DNA of 64,000 nucleotides from a virus: IMG/VR virus record IMGVR_UViG_3300045988_130630; one strand, 5' to 3'. Shown piece by piece: positions 37,723 to 48,100 of this stretch (position 1 is its first letter; each line of letters starts with the position of its first letter). The notes under the pieces were generated by a model. It saw only the letters and a program-made list of their open reading frames with translations, ran no database searches and was not told where the DNA came from. The position numbers and the translations under genes were made by a program.

Positions 37723-38145
37723 ATGGAAATAACGGCTAATGCTTTACAATCAGTTGCTACTGGTTCTAATGTAGTATTCACTAACACAGCTGTTGCTGGA
37801 AACTGTTCCATACTGTATCGCGAGGGTAGCGGTTTAGTTACCCTCCGCGGTCTTACGAACGGTCAGCGCAGAGCTCGTTTCCGCATTTCATTTGGAGGTA
37901 ATATAGGACTTCCAACCACTGGAACTGCGGGTGCTATTTCTTTGGCTATAGCTATTAATGGAGAGCCAGTTACTACTTCTACAATGATTTCTACTCCTAC
38001 GGCTACTGGATAGTTTAATAATGTTTCACGTGCTTTATTCCTCGATGTGTTAGGCGGTTGTTGCACTCAAATCAGTATTGAAAACACGAGTTCATAGGCT
38101 ATTGATGTTGAAAACGCCAGTTTAATTATCGAGAGAGTGGCATAA
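37723..38145 (+). CDS. BclA C-terminal-domain-like protein (C1q/TNF-like exosporium-protein family), 140 aa, no collagen-like repeats
   Basis: Beta-rich sequence ending ...ENASLIIERVA, closely resembling the BclA terminus ...SASIIIEKVA (recalled from memory). Two in-frame TAG. TAA stop. Confidence 0.5.
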
Positions 38146-38158
38146 GGAGGTTTTTTAA

Positions 38159-38704
38159 ATGTGTGATAAATTCCAAGAAATTAAAAAACAATTATTAACT
38201 CAAGTAGAAGGCCAAATGGCTCATTTAGAATGTGTTGATACAAAGGAAATGGGCGAAGTAATAGATATGATAAAAGACCTTGAAGAGGCTATTTATTATT
38301 GCACTATTACTGAAGCTATGAATGATTTACCTGAAACCACACATTATTATACTGAAAAATATAAATCTCCTCATAAAAAAAGAATCTATAAACCTATGAC
38401 ATATGATTATGATTGGGAAGATTATGATTATGATGAGCACGAATATGAGATGCCAACGAGTGGAAAATCTCGTGAAACCCATGATAGTAGAGAAGGTCGT
38501 AGTGGCGTCCATAGAAAGATGTATATAGAAGCCAAAGAACTTCATAAAGATAAGAGTGTTCAGATAAAGGAGTTAGATAAGTATCTTCAAGAATTAAGTT
38601 CTGATATAGTAGAAATGATTGAAGATGCTTCTAATGATGAACGTTCTTATATGGAGAAGAAAATCTAGGCTTTAGCATCTAAAATTGGATCTATGAATGG
38701 TTAA
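38159..38704 (+). CDS. acidic Tyr/Asp/Glu-rich hypothetical protein (181 aa)
   Basis: ATG behind AAGGAGG. One TAG near the C-terminus. The TAA stop overlaps the start of the next gene. Confidence 0.45.
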
Positions 38705-39017
38705 TATTAATAATAGGAATTGGAGGATACTATTAGTATCTTCCAATCATCCTATGTTAATGCGACCTTCTGGAATATATACTTTAGGTTCTTGTGATGA
38801 TCCTACTTCAACAATTTATATTAATGAAAATATTAGTAATAAAAAATTAAAAAAAGTATTAGCGCATGAACTAACTCATGCTGCCATTTTTAGCTATGAT
38901 ATTTCATTAAAACCAGAAGAAGAAGAATTGATTGCGGATTTAGTGGGAACTTATGGTGAAGAAATTATAAATAATACTAATCTTTTATTTAAATAGATAA
39001 AAAAAATAAGGGAATGA
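38697..39017 (+). CDS. small HExxH zinc-metallopeptidase-like protein (ImmA/IrrE- or SprT-like; about 100-106 aa)
   Basis: Motif KVLAHELTHAAIF. TAG at 38994 is followed by 6 more sense codons and TGA at 39015-39017, so the true C-terminus is ambiguous. Confidence 0.4.
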
Positions 39018-39050
39018 AACTATTTTTGTTTCATTCCCTTATTTTTTTTT
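39008..39050. terminator. bidirectional intrinsic terminator between convergent island genes
   Basis: 13-bp stem AAGGGAATGAAAC / GTTTCATTCCCTT. A-run upstream and T-run downstream. Confidence 0.6.
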
Positions 39051-39051
39051 A

Positions 39052-39480
39052 TTAGTCTTTAAGCGGTAATTTTAAAGTCCTTTCATAGTACTCTTTAGCC
39101 TATCCATTTCCACCTAAACCTGCATATACTTTAAAGAATTCGACTAACTATTCATACTGCCCTGAAGTCATATATCCTTGTTTTAAGAAACTTTGACATA
39201 ACTGAATTAATCTAAATCTATAAGAAGCAAGAATTATTTCAATATATCTTTCACTACTCTTCTTTTCTTCCAATACAAAAGATCTTAAATTATTTAGATC
39301 TTCTTTGATTGGAGCTATATGCTCTTCAATTAATTCTTCTAATTGCTCATCTTTCTTTTCTTCTGCCAATTTTTGATACATTTTCATTTGAGTATAAATA
39401 TATCTACAAAAGGCTAAGAGGCCAGCAGAAATAAGACCAAAAAATATTTCTATAAAATGCTAGGCAATAAAAGTAGACAT
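39052..39480 (-). CDS. membrane-anchored hypothetical protein (142 aa; N-terminal TM helix)
   Basis: ATG 39480 behind GGAAGGAGG. Three in-frame TAG (the track showed only 39148-39387). TAA stop at 39052-39054. Confidence 0.5.
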
Positions 39481-39488
39481 AAAAAATA

Positions 39489-39534
39489 CCTCCTTCCATT
39501 AACTTCTAATATATTTTAAAAGAAAGGAAGGAGG
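39489..39534 (-). promoter_or_regulatory. anti-SD/SD hairpin sequestering the ribosome-binding site of gene 39052-39480
   Basis: On the - strand transcript, CCUCCUUCC (from 39526-39534) lies 28 nt upstream of, and is perfectly complementary to, the GGAAGGAGG SD (39489-39497) of the downstream gene. Confidence 0.4.
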
Positions 39535-39557
39535 ATTATTTATTTAAGGCCTATCTA

Positions 39558-40070
39558 TTATTCCCAATTAAAATCATTATTGGAACTTTCTTTCGTGAAA
39601 TATGCGGTATATAAACATATAGCATCACATATATCATCATTGGCTTTTATATTATATTTTTGCTATACAAAATCAATATCGGCTTGTTTGAGAGTTTCAC
39701 GTTTAATACTGCGACCAGTTTTAATTCCAAGTTTTTTGCGCCATTCACTAGCCTACATTAGCTCTAATGTTTTGGAAGTAAATGAAGAATTAACTCCGTG
39801 TGCGCCCAACATTACTGCGCCTTGAAGCCACATTAATAAACGTGAAGTGTCAGAATACCCATAAGTTTCAGGATGAACATCTTCTGCTACTATTTTCTCT
39901 ATATTATATTTTTTTACCAATTCAATAATCTAATCTTGTATTTTTTGTATTCTATCTAAATTATTAGAGGAAATCGCGGTTAGCAGTCCATAATCTAACA
40001 TTTCTCCCTCGTTATTAGATACACAATAACCAGTAGATTTAGTAGATAAATCTAAAAAGAGGATATTCAA
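39558..40070 (-). CDS. ruvC: RuvC-like Holliday junction resolvase (170 aa)
   Basis: TTG start behind AAGGAGG. ILFLDLSTKSTGYCV start motif; E in AED; NDDICDAI near the C-terminus. Three in-frame TAG, so absent from the track (the antisense track ORF 39580-39825 is spurious). TAA stop. Confidence 0.7.
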
Positions 40071-40102
40071 GTAATTACCTCCTTTCTTTAGGTTTGAGGT
40101 AA

Positions 40103-40621
40103 TTACTTTGAAGTTGAACCAAATCCTCCAAGGCGGTCACCAGAAGCATTATCGTCTTCGGTGATTAAATAAGGTTTAATAATACCTTGACCAATAACAT
40201 CACCTTTATGAAGTTGAATATCAAAAGGAGATAAATTAATCATTTGAAAATAAATATGTCCTTCATTATCAGGATTATTATAATAGTCTGCGTCAATAAT
40301 CCCAACGCCATTAGCAAGAATAAGCCAATATTTTAAAGGACAAGAACTACGAACTGATAATTCAAGATATGTATTATCATTTAATTCACATTTAATTCCA
40401 GTAGGCACAAGAGTTGGTTTTGCTTTAAGATTTTTTGTCATATTACCCATATCTTCAAGAGAAATTGAATCGAAATAACGTGTTGGAAATCTATTTAACA
40501 AATTTTTGTATGCTGGAATTACAATATCTTCCGCTACTGTAAAATCATAGCCTGCGGATTTTGCTGTTTTTCTTACAGGCAAAACCGCATCAGGATATTT
40601 GCTTACTCGTTCAAACTTCAT
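40103..40621 (-). CDS. dut: dUTPase
   Basis: Motifs AGYDF, GIIDADYY and C-terminal RLGGFGSTS. Uninterrupted ORF; TAA stop. Confidence 0.8.
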   Translation of the reverse strand: MKFERVSKYPDAVLPVRKTAKSAGYDFTVAEDIVIPAYKNLLNRFPTRYFDSISLEDMGNMTKNLKAKPTLVPTGIKCELNDNTYLELSVRSSCPLKYWLILANGVGIIDADYYNNPDNEGHIYFQMINLSPFDIQLHKGDVIGQGIIKPYLITEDDNASGDRLGGFGSTSK

Positions 40622-40869
40622 TAAAAGTTTACCTCATAATTTACATCAATATTACTAATAGGATCTTTTTCATCATTGAATTTCTTAACAAGAGTGACTT
40701 GATACCATTCATCGACAATTTCACCCTTAGCCTTTTTTTCTTTCTTTACTGAACTATACTTAGCTAAAATATATTTAGTTTCAGCCTTAGCCTCATCAAT
40801 AAGCGCGGCCGCACTTTCCTCATTATCTACACGATAAACTTCTGTAGCACTTACAAGATACTTATTCAT
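40621..40869 (-). CDS. hypothetical protein (82 aa)
   Basis: Track ORF in the early operon; TAA stop. Confidence 0.4.
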   Translation of the reverse strand: MNKYLVSATEVYRVDNEESAAALIDEAKAETKYILAKYSSVKKEKKAKGEIVDEWYQVTLVKKFNDEKDPISNIDVNYEVNF

Positions 40870-41129
40870 TAACCTACCTCAACTTTAATTTCTTTTCTAT
40901 TGGAATAATTTAAACTATTACTTTCATAAATTTTTGGAATTAATTCATTAATAAAATCTTCAATGCCATATAAACGTATAGTATCAGTATCGTTCTTATA
41001 ACAAGATGCTACTAAAACATTTGGAAGATCAGAAATACTACAAGTTCCAATAGTTACTGCCATTCCATCATCATAAGTTTTAAAAACATTTTGTTCCATT
41101 GAAAATAAATTAATATTACAAACAATCAT
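40869..41129 (-). CDS. hypothetical protein (86 aa)
   Basis: Track ORF; TAA stop. Confidence 0.4.
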   Translation of the reverse strand: MIVCNINLFSMEQNVFKTYDDGMAVTIGTCSISDLPNVLVASCYKNDTDTIRLYGIEDFINELIPKIYESNSLNYSNRKEIKVEVG

Positions 41130-41663
41130 TTAATTACACTCCACAATACCAGCATCATATTGGAATAAATAAAAACAATAAGATTCATTATCAATATTTA
41201 TCCAAATTTCAATAGCATTATCATTATTTTTTTCCCAACCAACAATACTTCCCAATTCTTGACAAAGTATAATTACCATACTCGCCAAAGAACCAGTTGA
41301 AATAATTGGAGGAATATTTTTGTGAAAAATGGTATAATAATTATAATCTTTACATAATAACATATAATACATTCCATATTCACTCATTTCATTAATACTA
41401 CTCATTAATTTATTTAATTCTTCTTCATTAATTGGATCCATTTGTATCATAATATTTTTATTAAAATCATATAAATTCATTCCAGTTTGAAATGTAGTAG
41501 AATTACCTGACGAACTACTAGCAGTAGTTCCTATCATTACCCATTCATTTCCAGTATAACAATATTGTTTCTGATCTTCACCAGAAATGGCAATAGTTCC
41601 TTCTTTGAATTTACGAGGAGAATTATATAATTCTCCCATTGTATTAGTATAAAAAACATTCAT
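41130..41663 (-). CDS. hypothetical protein (177 aa)
   Basis: Track ORF with a GATAGGAG RBS. First gene downstream of the promoter at 41697-41725. Confidence 0.45.
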   Translation of the reverse strand: MNVFYTNTMGELYNSPRKFKEGTIAISGEDQKQYCYTGNEWVMIGTTASSSSGNSTTFQTGMNLYDFNKNIMIQMDPINEEELNKLMSSINEMSEYGMYYMLLCKDYNYYTIFHKNIPPIISTGSLASMVIILCQELGSIVGWEKNNDNAIEIWINIDNESYCFYLFQYDAGIVECN

Positions 41664-41696
41664 TATTATATAATCTCCTATCTATTTCATAGAAAA

Positions 41697-41725
41697 ATTA
41701 TATCACAAATTTTCTTTTTTGTCAA
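41697..41725 (-). promoter_or_regulatory. consensus SigA-type promoter on the - strand: TTGACA, 17 nt, TGaTATAAT (extended -10)
   Basis: Reverse complement of 41720-41725 is TTGACA; of 41697-41702 is TATAAT; 17-nt spacer. Confidence 0.5.
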
Positions 41726-41744
41726 GTTTTAAATTAATAATGTT

Positions 41745-42197
41745 CTAATTGCGAGAACCGCGCAAAGGCAAAGTGATATCTCTTTCCTTTTGGATGTATG
41801 GTCCATCAATTAGGTAATCAGCGGTTTTTAATATATTCTTAATTCTAATATTATTACTATTCTTTAAATCATCATAAACATATCCAGTCCATACATATAT
41901 TTTAATGTTTGGATATATTTTTTTAATTTCAGTAATAATTAAATTAGTTAAAAATTCATTTTCAGGGCAAAGAGGTTCTCCACCCATAATACAAAGATTA
42001 CGCTCAACATTATTCGCATTAATGGCAGTAATTAATTCATCTAATACTTTATTAGTAAATTCTTTACCGCCATTGAAATCCCACGTTTCAGGATTCTGGC
42101 ATCCTTCACAATGGTACGGACACCCTTGTGTAAAAAATGATACACATACTCCGGGTGCCGCTGCCAAATCATTTTTTATAATTCCTGCATATTTCAT
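41745..42197 (-). CDS. nrdG: anaerobic ribonucleotide reductase activating protein NrdG (radical SAM)
   Basis: CPYHCEGC radical-SAM cysteine triad. The stop at 41745-41747 is TAG; if read through, a 13-aa extension ends at TGA 41703-41705, inside the promoter. Confidence 0.8.
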   Translation of the reverse strand: MKYAGIIKNDLAAAPGVCVSFFTQGCPYHCEGCQNPETWDFNGGKEFTNKVLDELITAINANNVERNLCIMGGEPLCPENEFLTNLIITEIKKIYPNIKIYVWTGYVYDDLKNSNNIRIKNILKTADYLIDGPYIQKERDITLPLRGSRN

Positions 42198-44530
42198 TCT
42201 AATACTCCCGTATGTTTTATCCTTGCTTCAACTTCTTTTTGTTTACCCCAGTTAAAAGCAGTTTTATAATTACCTGTAAGATAACCGGTCACACGACGTA
42301 ATTGTTGAATATTGTGGCTTCCGCACACTGGACAAGAATCATTAAATTCATCACAATAACCACATTCAAGGCAAGTATCATTAGGAACATTTACTGCGAA
42401 ATAAGGAATATCATGATCCATAGCATAATTAACAATAGTTTCAAGAGCATCAATATTATGTTTTACAGTAGAATCAAGTTCAACATAAGTAATACATCCT
42501 GCGGATGAATAACCAGTCAGCTCAGACTCAATATCAATTTTTTCAAATGGACTCATTTCTTTCCACACCGGAACATGAATACTGTTAGTGAAAAATTCTC
42601 TATCACTAACATTAGGGATAATTCCATACCTTTCTTTAAATTTCGTCATAGCTGTATAACAAAGATTTTCTGCTGGGGTATAGTATACACCAAAATTTAA
42701 TTTATATTTTTCTTTATATTCAGCGCATCTTTCTTTAAATAATTGTTCAATTCGTTTAGCTAATTTCATTCCTTCTGAAGTGGTGTGGTCTTTACCAATA
42801 AGAATTTGAAGAGTTTCAGCCAAACCTAATTGACCAATAGCAAGAGTTCCATGTTTAAGAGCAGAACGAATTCCTTCTTCTGGAATATAACCTGCCATAA
42901 CATTATTTTCATACATAAATCTCGCGGATCCAGGATCTTGAGAGCAAATCCATTCAAAACGTTCCATTAATTGAATACGTGCTTCATTGATTTTTCTATC
43001 GAGTAAAGACATAAATCGTTCTACACCAATTTTAGTCCGTTCTTCTTGGGATAATGACTTATAGTCATCCCAATTATCATTTTCATTTAGAGTAACGGCC
43101 ATCATCGCAAGAGTAGGAAGGATAATAGTAACAGGACAAATATTTCCACGTCCATCTTTAAGTTGACCGAATCCATTAATATCCCATCCATTCGCAGTTC
43201 TACATCCCATTGTGGAAAAATAAGTGCGAGGATCATTAATATCATATCCCGCATTACCAGACCAATCAACATTTGCATAATTAGGATAAAGGCGTCTTGC
43301 AGTGCTTTCTAATGCTAATCTATATAAATCATAGTTAAGATCACCAGGTTTGCGGTTAACACCTTTCATACATTGGAAAATTCCACAAGGAAAAATTGAA
43401 GTTTTATGCAATTTACCAAGACCTTCAATGGAGACATCTAATAATGCTTTAGTTACCATTCTACCTTCTGGTAAGGTGCAAGTGCCATAATTAATACTCG
43501 TAAATGGTAATTGGTTGCCGCTACGAGACTGTAAAGTATTAAGATTATGGTAAAGGCCTTCTGCAGCTTGATGAGTCTCACGGACAGTCATATCATAAGC
43601 ATAATCATAAGCCTTTTTATAAGTTTCAGAAGCTAATAAATAACTAACTGCATTTTCTTCTTCAGTTTTTGTTGTGGCATTTCGGTATGATTGAATAGGC
43701 ATTTTTGATGTGTCTAAATCTCCTAATACATTATTAACAATATAGTTATAATCATTAGGACTATATAAGTATTTAACTCCATCTTTAAAATGCTTCCAAA
43801 AAGATTTTCTTACATAAGGAACCATAGTCCAATCTAAGTGAGTGGCACTAACTCCGCCAAACTAACAAAGACTTTGGATTTGAAAAATAACAGCAATTAA
43901 TTGAAATGCTGTATTAATTGAACCCGCAGGACGAACATCAGCTTGACGAGTATTAAATCCATTAGCGAGTAAATTATCAAAGGGAATACTTAAACAATTA
44001 TGAGAACCAACATAATAAGAATCAAGGTCATGAGTATATATCATATTATCAATATGATTCTTACGAGCCATAGGGGAAAGTAAGTAATCAAGTGCAAGTT
44101 GTTTGGTGACAACACCACTTGCTTCACCTATACGACCACCGAATGAATGTTCATCGACATTAGCATTTTGATTTTTTACGTTATTACCATCGAGCTTTTC
44201 ACGAATTGCTTTAATAAAATCATCTTTTTTATTACGAGCAACTTCTTTTTTATATCTATATCTAATATAAGCACGAGCAACATCACGTCGCTCAGAACGC
44301 ATTAAATAATCTTCAATCCAATCTTGAAGATCTTCTACTCCAACACTTCCATCGGGGAAATGATTTATTTGTCTTTCAATGTCTTCCGCGATATCTTTTG
44401 CGGTATCATCTTCATATAGTTTACCATCAACTTCAATAAATGCTTTATTTATTGCGTTAATAATTTTCTTTTTATTAAATTGAGTTATACTTCCATCACG
44501 TTTAATAATATACAATTTTTTTGCCTCCAA
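42194..44530 (-). CDS. nrdD: anaerobic ribonucleoside-triphosphate reductase NrdD (778 aa)
   Basis: Track ORFs 43862-44530 (N-terminal part) and 42194-43825 (catalytic part, C-terminal Zn ribbon CLECGYCDEFNDSCPVCGSH and glycyl-radical RVTGYLTG) are one frame separated by a single TAG at 43862-43864. TGA stop overlaps the nrdG ATG. Confidence 0.85.
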
Positions 44531-44589
44531 ACTAAATATAGTAGTTCTTTTAGAATATTCTACTATATTTAGGTTTTGTTAGTAAATAA

Positions 44590-45195
44590 TTATTTATCTT
44601 GGTCCATTTCCGCCCATTGCTTAACTTTTTGAGTTAAAAGATTAACAATATTATTATAATCTTCTAATGTTTCATTTGTCACAATATTGCACTTAATATC
44701 ATTCATTAGCTAAAATTGAATTTCATCAGTAGTATATCTTCTAATGATTTCATTTACATCAGGATTTTTTTCTCTATTTAATTGCCTAATTAAGCGTGTC
44801 TTCCCTTTAGCGGTGATATAATATATCTCCAATTCAATTCTATCATCTTTAAGAAGACTTATAATTCCTTCGGGATTAAAAACACCAATATTAATTTTAC
44901 TGTCAGACAAACTATCAATACTTGTGCCATAATACCAATTATTAAAAGAAGTAGTTTCTAACATTTTATTTTCATCAATTAAAGTTAAAAACTGATCATC
45001 TGAAACAAAATGATAATTTTTGTCTGCTATTTCTTTTTCACGCTTTGGGCGCGTAGTATGGCTTATAATAGGATTTAGATATTCCTCTAAGCGGGAAAAG
45101 GTAGCCATCATTAGGCTATCTTTTCCTGCACCAGATTTTCCACATAATGCAATAATTTTATACATCTTCTTCAATTCCTCCTTGATAACGAGCAT
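44590..45195 (-). CDS. gmk: guanylate kinase-like protein (about 200 aa with TAG read-through)
   Basis: GKSGAGKDS P-loop, SHTTRPKREKE..YHFVS, YYGTS. The track ORF 44710-45195 ends in TAG; read-through adds 39 aa to TAA 44590-44592, giving a typical Gmk length. Confidence 0.6.
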
Positions 45196-48100
45196 CTTTT
45201 AAAACTAAATCGCCATTGGATAAAATTTCATCAATTTTATATAATTGATGCCCTCCAGAAGAAGCATATTTTTTTGACATGAAATTATCTCCATTGCGGA
45301 TTCCAGAGACTACAATCATATTTCCGCGATTAAACCAAGATTTTTCAACAATATGTTTGGTTCCATCTGCACCGCGCTCTGAAATTTGTTTATCAAACAA
45401 ACTAAAATATTCTTTTCTAAATTTTACTTCTACAGGACCAGTAGTAGTAAGGATAGTTACAGTGCTTTTAGTTTTATTTTTTGCTATACAAGTTCCGCAA
45501 ATTTTAAACAATTTATAAATATGAATAGTGTGATTTCCTTTAGTAAAACTTCTATCAACTATTGGATCTTCTGGAAGCTTAAAGAAATCTACGAATCCGT
45601 ATTTATCATTGTTAATATTATTTAATTCATGAGTATGATAATAATAACAAAGAACTTCCATTTCCCAAGCGGATAAATTATTTTTATTAGCATATTTATC
45701 CCAATCATCTTTAAATATTTTTATATTCAGATTATTCAAAATTTCATCTTTGTTATTAGCAATCCAAGTGCGAAATATATCCATCCACTTTTGGTATATA
45801 CCATTCCAAATATTTTCACTTAAAGAATAATTAGTTCCATCAAATTGAATATTATTATCTTCTCCAATTTCTACTAAGAAATTAATAGCTCGTTCATCAA
45901 GTTGATATAGACCATTATTTTTTGTAGTTTTACAAATTGCTTTTAAATATCTATTAAATTCATAAATACGACGAGCCATAATTTGATTTTCATTTTCTTC
46001 TGGAAGAAGATCATACTTCATAAGTCCGCCCATATTTTGAAGAGTAATTCTTTTCTTTTTATCGCAGGTTTCCCAAATATACCAAATCATTAATTCTTTT
46101 CTATCCATCATATTATCAAAGGCTCCACCTTTAATAAGAGAAATCATAGCTTGTTTCCCTGGCTTAATACGGTATAAAAATTCTTTAGGATTTGAATAAG
46201 GACGATTAGCAATAATTGTATTAACTAATTCATCGCCAACATTCAACATACCTTTTAAACCGAAAAGAATTTTATTATTTTCAATATCAGGAGCAAATCC
46301 AAATTTAGATTTGTTAATATCAGGAAGACCTACTTCAATTCCTGCTTTTTGAATATCACTAATGGCTTTGGCAATTTTTCCATAATCAGTGGCCGCGGTT
46401 TTGCGGATTTTACCACTTTTATCAGGAAGATCTTCAAATGTTACTCCATTAGTTAAGTCATCGCCTTCAGGAGCATAAATATCTACAATCTCTTCTTCAC
46501 TATTATCTTCAAGGGAACCACTATTAACAATTAAACAAGCAGTATCCCAATAAATAGGATTAAAATGAATTACTAAGTAAATCATTTGAATTGCTACAAA
46601 TGAATAGGGAAGAGAGTGGTTAAGACTAAATGCATACCCTAATTGAGGAGCAACTGCGATTTCCCAAAAGTATTCAGCAGATTTTTCATTATCAAATTTA
46701 CTAAATACTTGTTCTCTCAATTGTGGAATTTTAGCCATTTGTTTTTTAGCAACAATCTTACGCGCAGTATTAGCTTCACCAAGAGTAAAATGAGCTACAT
46801 CCATAAGAATTTCCATCATTTGCTCTTGGATAGGACAACATCCATAATATTTATCACAATGTTTATGCATCTTATCAATTAATTCTTGAGGAAGATGCTG
46901 AGCTTTCATTTCATTATCAAACACTTTAATACCTGAATGCTGAATGCGGTAATATCTATCTTGCTGTGATTCTTTACCTTTTTCAGACATAAGACGCATC
47001 ATAGCATTGGCTGCTGTCATTTCCATAGGGTCTTGGGGTTTAAGACGTTTCGCAATCGCCAAACCAACTCCCGTAGAAAATTGGAATACATCTAATACAT
47101 CACCAGCAGCAAGGTGGTCCCAAATTGCTTGGTCAGTTGTATCTATTACTTCTGGATGAATATATTTATTATAAAATTCTCGTAAAGATAATTCTGGAAT
47201 TTGCTTATCTTTTAGAAGTAATTGATAACAAGTAATAATTTTGTCAGAAGCTTCAGTTACAAGGAAGTCATATTTTGTATCTCCTGCGGCTTCCGCTTTA
47301 TGAAGATCCCAACAAGTAATCATATCTCCACTAGGAGTTCTCATAAATGATGTGGTATCAAATGGGTCATCACCATATAAAATAACACCAGAAGCATGAG
47401 AAGAACGTTTATTAACCATTCCTTCAATATATACAATAATATCCAAAAGACCAGGATATTGATTTACTTCTCGAATAAATGCTTGAACGGGCTTACGGTC
47501 TTTTTCTTCATTACCATAAATAACATCATGAATAGGCCATAAGAATCCACGCTCTTGGGGAATTAATGAAGACATATATTGGGCATTATCAACATCAATT
47601 CCTTCTGGAAATTCTTCACTTCTATATCCACGGCAAGCAGTTAAAATACTTTGTTTAGTGCCTTCAGTTCCAAAGGTAGCAACTTGAACTAATCCTAATT
47701 CTCCACGTTCTTTTCTAATTGCTTTGAAAATTGCGGGACGTTTACTTGGGGCAAGGTCAATATCAATATCAGGTAATTCCGCGCGCTCCTTATTTAAAAA
47801 TCTCCAATAAGGAAGTCCCCAACGAATTGGGTCTAATTGAGTAATACCTAAAAGATAATTAGACAAAAAGCCAGTCGCAGAGCCACGTCCAGGGCCTACA
47901 ATACTTCCACATTCCCAAAATAAATTAATATAATGTTGGAAAGTATTAAAATAAGCAAAAAGACAGTCATCTAATTTTTCGCCAATATTTTTTATGATAT
48001 CAGCTTCAATTTCAAGTCGTTCCAAATAATTTTTATTATCATAAAGTTGTTTTTCTTGTAAAGCTTTAATACATTCATTTACCCAATATCGTTCTTGAAT

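Noticed and set aside
39580-39825. 81-aa + strand ORF
   Set aside because: Antisense to the RuvC-like gene, which has the full catalytic motif set when TAG is read through.
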